From positions 1,184,001 to 1,248,000 of the forward strand of contig OZ219802.1 of assembly GCA_964291655.2 (NCBI GenBank): a stretch of 64,000 nt of DNA, in the 5' to 3' direction. The stretch's first letter is position 1; the number at the start of each line of letters is the position of its first letter. The notes beneath the pieces were generated by a model. That model was not told the origin of the DNA. It worked only from the letters and a program-made list of their open reading frames with translations, and did no database searches. The position numbers and the translations under genes are program-made. The stretch comes from Chloroflexota bacterium (GTDB taxonomy: Bacteria; Chloroflexota; UBA11872; VXOZ01). This document shows, in pieces, positions 47,805 through 59,005 of the stretch.

Positions 47805-48030
47805 GAATGCAACATGCCTCTTGCACGTGACTGTCAGCCCAGGCGATCGGCGACACGAAAAGGGTGGTTTGGGATACGCCGGCCGGCGCGCGGAACCTGC
47901 GTATTGCTACGTTTCGCGGCGTAAGCGGACGATAGTGCAAGGGTTTTTCTCTTCTCAGGGTTGAGACGACAACGCCTTTGCCGCAATCGTGTGGCCGGAA
48001 GAGCACGAGGAGGAAAGTAACGACTAACGA

Positions 48031-49899
48031 ATGCCGTTACCGGTAGAGGACGTAAAAGCGCAAGTCCCCTTGGTGGACGTCGTAAACGCGGCGGTGCGGC
48101 TGCAGCAGAGCGGCCGCTACCTTAAGGGACTTTGCCCTTTTCATGAGGAAAAGACGCCGTCGTTCTTCGTCTTTCCGGAGCGCGGCACCTGGCGCTGCTT
48201 TGGCTGCGGCCGTGGCGGCGACGTGATCTCCTTCGTCATGGAGCGCGAGAAAGCCTCTTTCGTGGAGGCGGTAGAATCCCTCGCCCGCGAGGCCGGCATC
48301 AAACTTTCGCGCCAGGAAGAACGCCAACGCAGCCGCAACCAGACGCTCGGCCAGATTAATCTGGAAGCGGCGCAAATCTACCATCGCTTGCTGAAGGAGT
48401 CGCCGGAAGCGGCCCGCGCGCGCGACTACCTGGCGGAGCGTGGCATAGAACAAGATACTATCGCGCGGTTTATGTTGGGGTATGCGCCCAGCCGGTACGA
48501 TACCGTCCGCTCGCACCTGGTGCAGCTTGGCTTTTCGCCGGAAGACCTGACGGCAGCCGGTCTGCTTACGGAGGGCAATCGCGGGCCGTACGATCGCTTT
48601 CGTAGCAGGATCATGTTTCCCATCCGGGATGCGCGGGGTCGTTTCTGCGGGTTCGGCGCGCGCACGCTGAGCGCCGATATCCAGCCGAAATATCTCAACA
48701 CGCCGCAGACGCCGCTGTTTGATAAGAGCGGGCTTCTTTACGGCTTGGACCTCGCCCAACAGACCATCCGCGAGCGGAAGCAATGCGTCATTGTGGAAGG
48801 CTACACAGATGTGATGATGGCGCACCAGCACGGCGAGACCAACGTCGTCGCGAGCATGGGCACCGCACTAACGGAAAAGCACGTCCGGGCCGTCAAGAGC
48901 CTTAGCACGAACCTTGTCCTGGCGCTCGATCCCGATGCCGCCGGTAGTGCCGCCACCATGCGGGGACTAGAGGTAGCGCGCCGGGCGTTCGACCGCGTGG
49001 ATACGCGCGTCACCGTTGGGGATGTCATGCGGTTGGAAAGCACGCTGGAGGCGGACATTCGCATTGCGGTGCTGCCGGAAGGAAAAGACCCGGATACGTT
49101 GCTGCGCGAGGATAGCGGCGCTTGGAAGACATGCATTGACAGGGCAGTGCCCTTCGTGGACTATGCCTTTCGGCTCATCGCGCAGCAGCATGATCTCAAC
49201 AGCACGCAGGGCAAGCGCAGGGCCGTAGAAGCCTTAGCCCCGCTCATCGCCGACATTGGCGATCCCGTGGCACGGCAACACTACCTCAAGCGACTGGCAC
49301 AGGTGCTTGACCTGGGCATTCAGAGCGAAGTCCTGATGAACTTCATGCACGCCCGGCGAACAGGAAGACCGCAGTCAGCGGCATCCCCACAGCACAATGG
49401 TGAAGTGCAGACCAACGAGAACGGCGAGGAACAAACACCAGATAAGCTTGAACAGTATCTCGTGGGTTTGCTTTCCGTACATCCGCAAGCGCATGAACTT
49501 GCGGCAGAAGTCATCGACGCCGAAGACTTTCGCCACCCCCTGCATAGGCAAGCGTATGAGTACTTGGTAGCAGCGCAAGAAAACAAGACCAATTCGTTTG
49601 ACTTAATGGTGAAAGAGAATGTGCTACACCTGCTCGGCCAACTCAGCCGGGAGCGGGGTGCGGAGCCGCACATCGACGAAGACTATCTGCGCCCCACCGT
49701 AGTCGCCGCTGCCCTGCGGCTCAAGCAACGGAATGTACAGGAGGAATACGAAGACTTGCAGCTCCTCTTGGCAAATGAACCTGCTGATGAGAACAGACCG
49801 CTCGGCTCGCAAGTCCGGCAGGAGATACGCCGGATTGGCGAGCAATTGCGCCAAGTCAACCGCGCGCTCAAGCAAACAAGCTTCATGCGAACGCCTTAG
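48031..49899 (+). CDS. dnaG: DNA primase
   Basis: [35 protein letters not shown] and DPDAAG motifs. Confidence 0.97.
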   Translation: MPLPVEDVKAQVPLVDVVNAAVRLQQSGRYLKGLCPFHEEKTPSFFVFPERGTWRCFGCGRGGDVISFVMEREKASFVEAVESLAREAGIKLSRQEERQRSRNQTLGQINLEAAQIYHRLLKESPEAARARDYLAERGIEQDTIARFMLGYAPSRYDTVRSHLVQLGFSPEDLTAAGLLTEGNRGPYDRFRSRIMFPIRDARGRFCGFGARTLSADIQPKYLNTPQTPLFDKSGLLYGLDLAQQTIRERKQCVIVEGYTDVMMAHQHGETNVVASMGTALTEKHVRAVKSLSTNLVLALDPDAAGSAATMRGLEVARRAFDRVDTRVTVGDVMRLESTLEADIRIAVLPEGKDPDTLLREDSGAWKTCIDRAVPFVDYAFRLIAQQHDLNSTQGKRRAVEALAPLIADIGDPVARQHYLKRLAQVLDLGIQSEVLMNFMHARRTGRPQSAASPQHNGEVQTNENGEEQTPDKLEQYLVGLLSVHPQAHELAAEVIDAEDFRHPLHRQAYEYLVAAQENKTNSFDLMVKENVLHLLGQLSRERGAEPHIDEDYLRPTVVAAALRLKQRNVQEEYEDLQLLLANEPADENRPLGSQVRQEIRRIGEQLRQVNRALKQTSFMRTP

Positions 49900-49976
49900 C
49901 CATCACGAGCTGGCGAGGCACTGAGAGCAACGAGGGCCCGCACACATTGCACAGGCATGCCTGTGAAGGAGGAAGT

Positions 49977-51293
<1,317 letters not shown>

Positions 51294-51308
51294 TAAGAGG
51301 ACAGCGAC

Positions 51309-52460
51309 ATGTCCTTAACTAATCAGGACCAGGTTGGCAAAGCGCTGGAGGCGTTGAAGGTCGGTCTATCGCCATTCGTTGAACGAGATTTTACGGCACA
51401 CTACAGAGGACAGACCTGGCAGGTGCTGCAGCAAGTACCTGATGTTAGGATTGCTGATTGGCAGCGACCATTCTGCGGTTTGGATGTAGCGGCTCTCCTT
51501 AGAGTCATGTGGGAATCGTGGAATGATGTTTTTCGTCACACTCTCGGTCACGATGAACGGAGCTTGGTGAGCGAGGTGCGCAGTATCCGAAACCGCTGGG
51601 CGCATCAACAACCGTTCTCAAACGACGACACTTTTCGGGCACTAGATTCTTCCCATCGACTTCTGCTTGCGGTCTCGGCAAAGCCGCAAGCGGAGCAGGT
51701 TGGGAAACTAAGGGACGAAGCACTGAGAGTTCTTGCAAGCGAGCAGTCCCCTGCCCAAGATCATGATTCGGCTTGCGCTAACGAGCCGATGGTTGTCGTT
51801 ATCGTGTGCGCTGCCAGCAAGAGAGATGATGCCGGTACCATGAGGCAGGCGAACGGCAAAACAGTTAGGTTCGTAGCCCATTCTGAGACAATGCCGGACG
51901 ACGCAAAGGATGCAGATTGTGTATATGCGCTTCCAGACGACATTTCCGATACTAAGATCTCGTGGAGGCAGCGGTTATCGGAGTATAACCAGGAGTATAG
52001 GAGAACAGGCCGGAATCCATTTGGCCTTTTACCGGCATACGAGCTCTATAGCCATCCAATCTATCGTGAATTGGTGAATGCGTGCGGTCCAGAGCACGTA
52101 TTTATCCTTTCCGGTGGATGGGGTTTGATTAATGCAGCCTATCTCACACCTTCATACGACATAACCTTCTCCCGACATGCTGAGAAGTGGAAGCGGCGGG
52201 ATCAGCGGGACTCCTTTGGAGACGTATGCCACATTCCAAAGGGATTCAAAGGAACTATTGAGTTTTTCGGAGGCAAGGATTACACAGGGGTATTTGCTGA
52301 ACTCACCCAATCTATCGAGTGTCGAAAGATCGTGAGATACAATTCAACACCGCCTCCATCCGCACCTGGCTGTGAGCTCAAACCCTATCAGTCGCGGGCA
52401 AAAACAAACTGGTATTACCAGTGCGCGAGAGAATTCATCAATGGCGAGATCGAGAGCTAG
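51309..52460 (+). CDS. Swt1-like HEPN domain fused to a DUF6884/YaaA-like domain
   Basis: N-terminal N...VGKAL..L..GL.PFVER and [11 protein letters not shown] (R-x4-H); C-terminal [21 protein letters not shown] and P.YDITF. Confidence 0.65.
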   Translation: MSLTNQDQVGKALEALKVGLSPFVERDFTAHYRGQTWQVLQQVPDVRIADWQRPFCGLDVAALLRVMWESWNDVFRHTLGHDERSLVSEVRSIRNRWAHQQPFSNDDTFRALDSSHRLLLAVSAKPQAEQVGKLRDEALRVLASEQSPAQDHDSACANEPMVVVIVCAASKRDDAGTMRQANGKTVRFVAHSETMPDDAKDADCVYALPDDISDTKISWRQRLSEYNQEYRRTGRNPFGLLPAYELYSHPIYRELVNACGPEHVFILSGGWGLINAAYLTPSYDITFSRHAEKWKRRDQRDSFGDVCHIPKGFKGTIEFFGGKDYTGVFAELTQSIECRKIVRYNSTPPPSAPGCELKPYQSRAKTNWYYQCAREFINGEIES

Positions 52461-52675
52461 TTCGCCTATTCCACAAGCACTCGTGAAACCCAAGAATTAG
52501 CAATGTTTTGAACAGCATCCCGCGGGAACCTGCGAATTGCCGCTATGATGATGTTGCAGTTTATCAGACCCTTCTATGAGAACTTAAATTCTCCTCAATG
52601 CACGGACAGACACATATACTCTCTTTCTGTTAGAGAGCCGAAATAGTCCGCTTCCAGAGCTTGAGGCCAAGTCCA

Positions 52676-53392
52676 CTATATGCAGATCGTCTCGCCCGGC
52701 TGCAGCTCGCTGATCTTCAAGCCGCTGATGTCCCGGGCTGCCGCGCGAAACGCCTCCGGCGTGCCGGTGAGCAGCGGAAATGTGCCGTAGTGGCACGGGA
52801 TCACCTGCCTTATGCCGAGCATCCGGCAGGCTTCGGCCGCGTCGTCGGGTCCCATCGTGAAGTGGTCGCCAATCGGCAGGATTGCCGCGTCGGGACGATA
52901 GCGGCGGCCGATCAACGCCATGTCGCCAAAGAGCGCCGTATCCCCGGCAACATAGAGCTTCAACCCACTGGAAAACGTGACGACATAGCCCACGCTCTCC
53001 CCCGCCGGTATCAGCGTGTCGCCATCCATGATGGTGCTCGTGTGTTCGGCGTGCACCATCATGACGGCAAGATCAGCCACGCGAATTGTACCGCCTTTGT
53101 TCATTCCCACAATATTGGCTACGCCCTGCTGCCCCAGCCAATGTGAAATATCTGCCGTTGTGACCACAGCCTCCGGCTCAGCGCGACGCGCTAAGGGCAC
53201 TGCATCCCCTAAGTGATCACCGTGACCGTGGGTGATGAGAATCACGTCCACAGTCTGCGGCTCTTTGAGATTGGCCGGACATACAGGGTTTCCGGAGAGG
53301 AACGGGTCGATGAGCACGACTTTCCCTTCCGGTGTCCTGATGCTGAACGCGGCATGCCCCAGCCAGGTTATCGCGACGTCGTTTGAAGCCAT
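52676..53392 (-). CDS. Metallo-beta-lactamase-fold metal-dependent hydrolase (UPF0173/YtkL-like)
   Basis: ITWLGHA, THGHGDH, AGDT, LPIGDHFTM and PCHYGTF motifs. Confidence 0.92.
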   Translation of the reverse strand: MASNDVAITWLGHAAFSIRTPEGKVVLIDPFLSGNPVCPANLKEPQTVDVILITHGHGDHLGDAVPLARRAEPEAVVTTADISHWLGQQGVANIVGMNKGGTIRVADLAVMMVHAEHTSTIMDGDTLIPAGESVGYVVTFSSGLKLYVAGDTALFGDMALIGRRYRPDAAILPIGDHFTMGPDDAAEACRMLGIRQVIPCHYGTFPLLTGTPEAFRAAARDISGLKISELQPGETICI

Positions 53393-53564
53393 CACTCTTT
53401 CCTCTCTGCACCCACGGTGCATTCGCAGTCGCCTACTTCATACGCTCTGCATGTCTGCCAGCTATCACCCATCGTAGACAGCAAACACTTGAACACTTCA
53501 CTCCCGATCGGAGACCTTTGCATAACCCCACTTTCAAGCAGGGGCACTCCCTCTCCTGGGGGAG

Positions 53565-54829
53565 TGTACAGACCGGGGACATAGGTAACAGATGTTCGGG
53601 TAGATAGGTTACACATTTTGTGCTCTGAGGTCTATGGTTTTTACTCTTTGGATCGAGAAGTACACGTCCCAGACACCGTCCGTTCGGGTGGGTCGCAGGG
53701 CGACTTGCTTGTGCGTGAAGGCCCTGCCCACACGGAGCCGTCTGCCTTGGAAGGAGATGCGGCCGGAGACATCGACGCTGCGTACGCGGTCGTCGGGAGC
53801 GTAGGCGAGGGCAGGCAAGGTCTCTGGGAAAGGGCGAGGACTAGGCGTGTATCTGGTAATGGGAGTGTCGAGATCGAGGGCATGGTGTGGGCGTTCCAAG
53901 TTGTAGAAGTGGCGCCAGGTGTCAAAGGCGCGCTGGCAATGGTCCAGGTCGGTAAAGGTGGTCCCTGCCAGCAGTTCGCTCTTGAGGGAGCGGTGGAAGC
54001 GTTCCAGCTTGCCGAGTGTCTGGGGATGGTAGGGTCGGCTGTGCAGGACGTTGATGCCCAGCTGCATGAGCCAGACGGTGAGGGGCGTGAAGGGCTGGGC
54101 ACTGTCGTTACCCCAGGGAGAGCCGTTGTCCATGAGCATGGCCTGGGGCAAGCCGTAGCGGCGAAAGACAGCGGTGAGGCGGTCTTGGACCGTCTCTCCC
54201 CGCTCGTTGGCACAGGCCTGTAACCCGAGGTTGAAGCGGGAGTGATCGTCTAGGAGGGTGAGAGGATGACAGCGGTTCTGCTGCATGACGAAATGTCCCT
54301 TGAAGTCCATCTGCCACAGCTCGTTGGGCTGGGGTCGTTCGAAGCGCACATGGGGCGTGTGCTTGGCGCTCTGGGCTGGATCGATGAGCCCATGGCGTTT
54401 GAGAATGGCATTGATGGTGCTCTTGGCCGGCACGTCGGTGACCCCCTGGTCCTGCAGCATTCTGCGCAGCACATGGGCGCCCTTCGTAGGATGCGCCAGA
54501 CGCAGCGCGATGATGCGTTCCTCCAGCGCCGGGCGCGTGCGGTGCGGACACGTGTGCGGCCGCCGCGACCGGTCGTGCAAACCGTCTTCGCCAGCTTTCG
54601 CATACCGCTCCAGCGTCTTGTACGCCGTCTTGCGACTGATCTCCAGACGGCGACACAGCTCGCTGATGTTGGCCCCTTCCATCAGTGCCAGTGCAATGAA
54701 CTCCTTGCGTTCAGACACAACCGTACTCTCCTTCCAAGGCATGGCGCTCCTCCATCTGTAAGAATCTCCATGCCTTAAGGTGTAACCTATGTGCCCGAAC
54801 ATGTGTAACCCATGTACCCGGTCTATACA
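53565..54829 (-). mobile_element. IS481-family insertion sequence, copy 2
   Basis: TGTACAGACC..GGTCTATACA ends; GGGGAG duplication; same REP target as copy 1. Confidence 0.92.
53609..54742 (-). CDS. IS481-family transposase
   Basis: MPWK start after GGAGGAG; DDE core nearly identical to 25244-26377. Confidence 0.93.
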   Translation of the reverse strand: MPWKESTVVSERKEFIALALMEGANISELCRRLEISRKTAYKTLERYAKAGEDGLHDRSRRPHTCPHRTRPALEERIIALRLAHPTKGAHVLRRMLQDQGVTDVPAKSTINAILKRHGLIDPAQSAKHTPHVRFERPQPNELWQMDFKGHFVMQQNRCHPLTLLDDHSRFNLGLQACANERGETVQDRLTAVFRRYGLPQAMLMDNGSPWGNDSAQPFTPLTVWLMQLGINVLHSRPYHPQTLGKLERFHRSLKSELLAGTTFTDLDHCQRAFDTWRHFYNLERPHHALDLDTPITRYTPSPRPFPETLPALAYAPDDRVRSVDVSGRISFQGRRLRVGRAFTHKQVALRPTRTDGVWDVYFSIQRVKTIDLRAQNV

Positions 54830-54980
54830 GGGGAGAGGGTTGGGGTGAGGGGGTCTTTTTGCTACGATGGCCCTTTACGCTGGGCAGTGTCAAGACGTAT
54901 CAGGGCAGACTCGGTGTGCATATTGAGAGATTTCAGGAGAGCCACCCTCACCCTAGCCCTCTCCCGTCGAGGGAGAGGGA
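54830..54980. repeat. REPIN-like unit: two inverted CCCTCACCC/CCCTCTCCC REPs around a conserved spacer
   Basis: Homologous, as reverse complement, to 63615-63788. Confidence 0.85.
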
Positions 54981-55019
54981 ACTATTTCGCTACCGCTTGA
55001 GTTGCGCTGAGGTCTCCGA

Positions 55020-55270
55020 TCGGTAGCGCAGGTTTGCAACCTGCGGCGTCTTGCCGAGATTGGATGAAAGCCGGCGCTCTTCCCCTCAATTGCGCCTGTA
55101 CTGACAGGCCCATTCTCACCCTGGCCCTTTCCCTGGAGAGGAAACCGTTGCGAAACTCTCTCCCCCCTAATTGGGCAAGGTCGAGATGGGGGCAAAGTAC
55201 GGCTTCACGGCAAGCAATCCCAAACTACCCCCGCCCCCGCCTGGATTCCGGCTTTCGCCGGCATGACGGA
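55020..55270. repeat. Scattered REP palindromes
   Basis: ggtagcgcaggtttgcaacctgcg; ctcaccctggccctttccctggagagg; ctggattccggctttcgccggcatgacgg. Confidence 0.65.
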
Positions 55271-55316
55271 GTTATGCAATGGTCTCCTGCTAAGCGAGGT
55301 GTTCTGCGCCCAGAGC

Positions 55317-56177
55317 TTACCACACGTCGCCAAAGCGCCGGCCGATCCAACGGAAGAGGAAGAGAGCGACAAATGTGGCAAGCACGAGCAGTGTGGCCAG
55401 CACGATGGCGGTCTGCAGGTCGGATTCCAACGCTGTCATGATCGCCAAGGGCATCGTCTGCGTGCGGCCGGTGAAGTTCCCCGCGAACATGATGGTGGCG
55501 CCGAATTCACCCAACGCCCGCGCCCAACTCAGCACGGCGCCACCGACAAGGGCAGGCCAGGCCAGAGGCACGGTCACGTAGCGCAACGTCTGCCAGGTTG
55601 AAGCGCCGAGCGTGACAGCAATCTCCTCCAGCTCCGGGTCAACGCGAGCAAAGCCAATCTTTGCCGAGCGCACGTAAAAGGGCGCTGCCACGAAGATTTG
55701 TGCCAACACCACCGCGAGCGTCGTAAAGGCAATGTCAATGCCGAGCGGGTGAAGCCATTGTCCCACCACTCCCAAGCGGCCGAACACCAGCAGGAGAGCA
55801 ACGCCCACCACCACCGGCGGCAGCGCCAACGGCACGTCTATGAATGTATCCAGGAGTCTTTTACCGGGAAAGGAACTCCGCGCGAGCAAGTAGGCGGTTG
55901 GCGTCCCGACCAGCACGATGATGAGGAGGGATGCCAGACTCGTCACAGCGCTCAGCCGCAGTGCGCTCGCCACAATAGGCTGCGTGATCTGCAGGAAGAG
56001 ATCTCCCGTCATGAAGGCGCGCACAGCTAAGGCGAACAGGGGCAGCGCCACGAAGATGGCGAAGAGAAGCGTAGGCACCAGAAAGAGCGCACGCAGGCCG
56101 GTGTCACTCCCTGTGGGGCGAGGGGTTTCGGATTCCCGCTTGCGCGGAAGTGAGGGCGGTAATGGCGAGCGGCTCAT
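55317..56177 (-). CDS. modB: Molybdate ABC transporter permease
   Basis: DVPLALPPVVVG, APFYVR and WARALGEFGATIMFAGN..TQTMPLAI motifs; ATGA overlap with modA. Confidence 0.92.
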   Translation of the reverse strand: MSRSPLPPSLPRKRESETPRPTGSDTGLRALFLVPTLLFAIFVALPLFALAVRAFMTGDLFLQITQPIVASALRLSAVTSLASLLIIVLVGTPTAYLLARSSFPGKRLLDTFIDVPLALPPVVVGVALLLVFGRLGVVGQWLHPLGIDIAFTTLAVVLAQIFVAAPFYVRSAKIGFARVDPELEEIAVTLGASTWQTLRYVTVPLAWPALVGGAVLSWARALGEFGATIMFAGNFTGRTQTMPLAIMTALESDLQTAIVLATLLVLATFVALFLFRWIGRRFGDVW

Positions 56178-57022
56178 TGCGTCGCAACCGGTTGCAGTCC
56201 CGCCTGCCGCAAGATGTCCTGCGCCAGCGGCGACCGCGCGAATTCAATAAATCGCCGCGCGAGCGCTTTTCCATCCGATGCCGCCAGGAGCGCAATCGGA
56301 TACACCGCCTTGACGTTGGTGTGATCGGGGATGTCCAAGGTCACAACGTTGGCAGTCGACGCGGTGACGTCGCTCGCGTACACGAATCCCGCATCGGCTT
56401 CACCGAGCACCACTTTCGCGAGAACCTGGCGCACGTTGAGTTCCTCCGAACGGACGTTGGCGAGTACGGCTTCCTGAAAAGCGCTGCCGTAGACGGCTTC
56501 CGCGCTCAGGTTGGCAAGCACCTGGCGCGTGTATCGGCCCACAGGCACATTCTCCTGCGCCAGGACGATGCGCACACCGGGACGGGCAAGGTCGCGCAAG
56601 CCGGTCACATTCGCCGGGTTCGCTCTGGTAAGCGCCACGATGAGACGGTTCTCCGCAAGTATAGCGGGGTCCTCGGCCAATAGGCCCATATCCTGCAAAT
56701 GGTCCATGTGTACAGTGTCCGCGGAGGCAAAGACATCGGCTGCGGCGCCATGTTCGATTTGGGTGCGAAGTGTCTGCGAACCGGCAAAGTTGAATGCCAC
56801 CTTCACGTCGGCGTGCCCCGCCTCGAATTCCGCGCCGATGGCTGTAAATGCTGCCGTGAGCGATGATGCGGCATACACGACAAGTGTCGTCGTCTGCTTC
56901 GATGCGCAACCGGCCGCCAGCGCGGGCGGAGATAGGAGCAACGCGAGGGAGAGCAAAACTCTCCACAGCGGGGATGCCAATCGCAGAGGCTCATGACGGC
57001 TCGTGTGCACACATGTTCCCAC
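56174..57022 (-). CDS. modA: Molybdate ABC transporter substrate-binding lipoprotein (start uncertain)
   Basis: VYAASSL, FAGSQTL..QI..GA.ADVFASA, VPVGRY and GEADAGFVYASD motifs. Confidence 0.92.
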   Translation of the reverse strand: MGTCVHTSRHEPLRLASPLWRVLLSLALLLSPPALAAGCASKQTTTLVVYAASSLTAAFTAIGAEFEAGHADVKVAFNFAGSQTLRTQIEHGAAADVFASADTVHMDHLQDMGLLAEDPAILAENRLIVALTRANPANVTGLRDLARPGVRIVLAQENVPVGRYTRQVLANLSAEAVYGSAFQEAVLANVRSEELNVRQVLAKVVLGEADAGFVYASDVTASTANVVTLDIPDHTNVKAVYPIALLAASDGKALARRFIEFARSPLAQDILRQAGLQPVATQ

Positions 57023-57156
57023 GTTCGCGACATTCTCCCAGGTCCGTGCATTGCAGCGCTCAATGCTGATTGGGCGTAGCTTAGGTCTAGGCCTTGCCTA
57101 GTAGTATAATAGTGCCAACGTTTGTTGGGTAAGGTCACCGCTAAGGAGAATCTCGC

Positions 57157-58173
57157 TTGGCAGTTGTGCTCGACGCCATGGGCGGCGATCAAGCCCCTCA
57201 GGCCATCGTCGCCGGAGCGGTACAAGCCTCGCGTTCCTCCACGCTGCCAACCATCCTGGTCGGACAACACGACGTCTTGGCCGCGGAGCTGCGCAAGCAC
57301 GATACTGCCGGACTGCCGCTGACCATTCACCACGCGCCGGATGTTATCAGCATGGACGACCACGCCACCGCCGTGCGCCAACGCCCGGAGTCATCCATCC
57401 GCGTTGCCTGCGAATTGGTCAAGAGTGGCGAAGGGCAAGCGCTGGTAAGCGCCGGCCACAGCGGGGCAACCATGGCGGCGTCGCTCATGGCATTCGGGCG
57501 CATTCCCGGCATCAGCCGACCGGCGCTCATCGCCCTCATTCCCGCTCGCATCTCGCACCCAACTCTCCTCATCGACATGGGGGCGAACGCCGATTGTAAG
57601 CCGCCTCAACTCCAACAATTCGGCCTCATGGGCAGCATCTATTCCGAGCAGGTATACGGCGTTCAGGACCCGAAGGTGGGCTTGCTCTCCATCGGCGAGG
57701 AGCCCGGCAAGGGCAACGAACTCTCCCTGGCAGCCCACGCGCTCCTGGAAGACGCACCGGTCAACTTCATCGGCAACATCGAGGGACACCACATCCTCTC
57801 TGAAACGGTAGACGTGGTGGTATGCGACGGGTTTGTTGGAAACATTGCGATAAAGACACTGGAAGGCGCTGCGGCATTCATAAGTTCGCTGCTCAAGACG
57901 GAGTTGCGCGCCAGCCCCCGCACCATGGTTGGGGCTGTACTGGCGCGTCCGGCTTTCAACCACGTCCGCACGCGCATGGACTATGAAGAGCTCGGCGGCG
58001 CGCCACTGGTGGGTCTGAACAACACCGTGATCATCGCCCACGGCCGCTCCAGCGCCAAAGCCATTACCAGCACCCTGCGCCTGGCTCACCAGGCAGTCGC
58101 CATGGATGTGACCGGCAAGATCAACCAGCGCGTGGCGGAATTGCTCACCAGTAGCGAGACTTCACCCGCGTGA
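57157..58173 (+). CDS. plsX: Phosphate acyltransferase PlsX
   Basis: LDAMGGD.AP, VSAGHSGA, DMGAN, CDGFVGN..KT.EG and HGRSS motifs. Confidence 0.96.
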   Translation: MAVVLDAMGGDQAPQAIVAGAVQASRSSTLPTILVGQHDVLAAELRKHDTAGLPLTIHHAPDVISMDDHATAVRQRPESSIRVACELVKSGEGQALVSAGHSGATMAASLMAFGRIPGISRPALIALIPARISHPTLLIDMGANADCKPPQLQQFGLMGSIYSEQVYGVQDPKVGLLSIGEEPGKGNELSLAAHALLEDAPVNFIGNIEGHHILSETVDVVVCDGFVGNIAIKTLEGAAAFISSLLKTELRASPRTMVGAVLARPAFNHVRTRMDYEELGGAPLVGLNNTVIIAHGRSSAKAITSTLRLAHQAVAMDVTGKINQRVAELLTSSETSPA

Positions 58174-58389
58174 GGGCACTGTACAGGGCATGGCACGGTA
58201 CGCCCGATCGTAGACGGAGCAGCCAACTATTCACTCGCGCCCACGGGAAGTTGTGCCTCTGTCAATTGGCGTAGCGCCGCACACTTTACGGTGAAGTAGA
58301 TTGGTGTCGACCACAAGCTAAGCGACTCTGCAATCACCTATCCAAGAGGCAGGGCCACGCGAAAGCGCACACACTAGTTGAATTTTGCC

Positions 58390-59001
58390 CTATGGGTTGC
58401 GGGCGATACTACGCCAGATGATGTCAACGGTCTCCTCGATCAGCTTCCTGGACTCCGGCACTCCCATCACGTGCCGCGCCAGTATCGACCCCACCATCGC
58501 ATGGATAGCGATGTCCAAGTCGGCATCCGCGCGTATCTCGCCGCGTTGGACGCCTCGTTGCAGAATCTTCATTCCTTCGTTTCTGCGGGGCTGCAACACT
58601 CGATCGCGAAACAACTCGAATAGCTCAGGGTTCCGCCGTTCCTCGACGAGCAGCGCGCCGAGCATGCCAAATGCCGGGCCGCGCGCGAACGCGGCTTGCG
58701 CCTGTACCAACATCTGAACCAGGTCATTGCGCGCGCTGCCCGTGTCCGGCGGCGGTCCCAATGAGTCCCGTAGGGAGGCTAAGGCGGCGGCGGCCAATTC
58801 CGCTTTGGTGGCGTAGCGCCGGTAGATGGCCGTCTTGCCGACCCCCGCTTCCGCCGCCACGCGCTCGATGGACGTGCCGGCATAGCCCCGGTCCGTCAGC
58901 ACGCGCAGCGTGGCTTGCAGGATGGCTCGGTCGACCTCCGGGTCTCGCGGCCGACCGGACCTAGTGTCCCGCTGCGCCGGTTTTCCGTCTGATGCTGTCA
59001 T
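58390..59001 (-). CDS. TetR/AcrR-family transcriptional regulator
   Basis: GRPRD..IL.A..GY..TSIERVAAEAGVGKTAIYRRY..K HTH. Confidence 0.93.
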   Translation of the reverse strand: MTASDGKPAQRDTRSGRPRDPEVDRAILQATLRVLTDRGYAGTSIERVAAEAGVGKTAIYRRYATKAELAAAALASLRDSLGPPPDTGSARNDLVQMLVQAQAAFARGPAFGMLGALLVEERRNPELFELFRDRVLQPRRNEGMKILQRGVQRGEIRADADLDIAIHAMVGSILARHVMGVPESRKLIEETVDIIWRSIARNP

Positions 59002-59005
59002 CTTG

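Noticed and set aside
47855-47880. T-box-like AAGGGTGG motif
   Set aside because: It lacks the following NACC consensus and a recognisable stem I, and the downstream gene is not amino-acid related.
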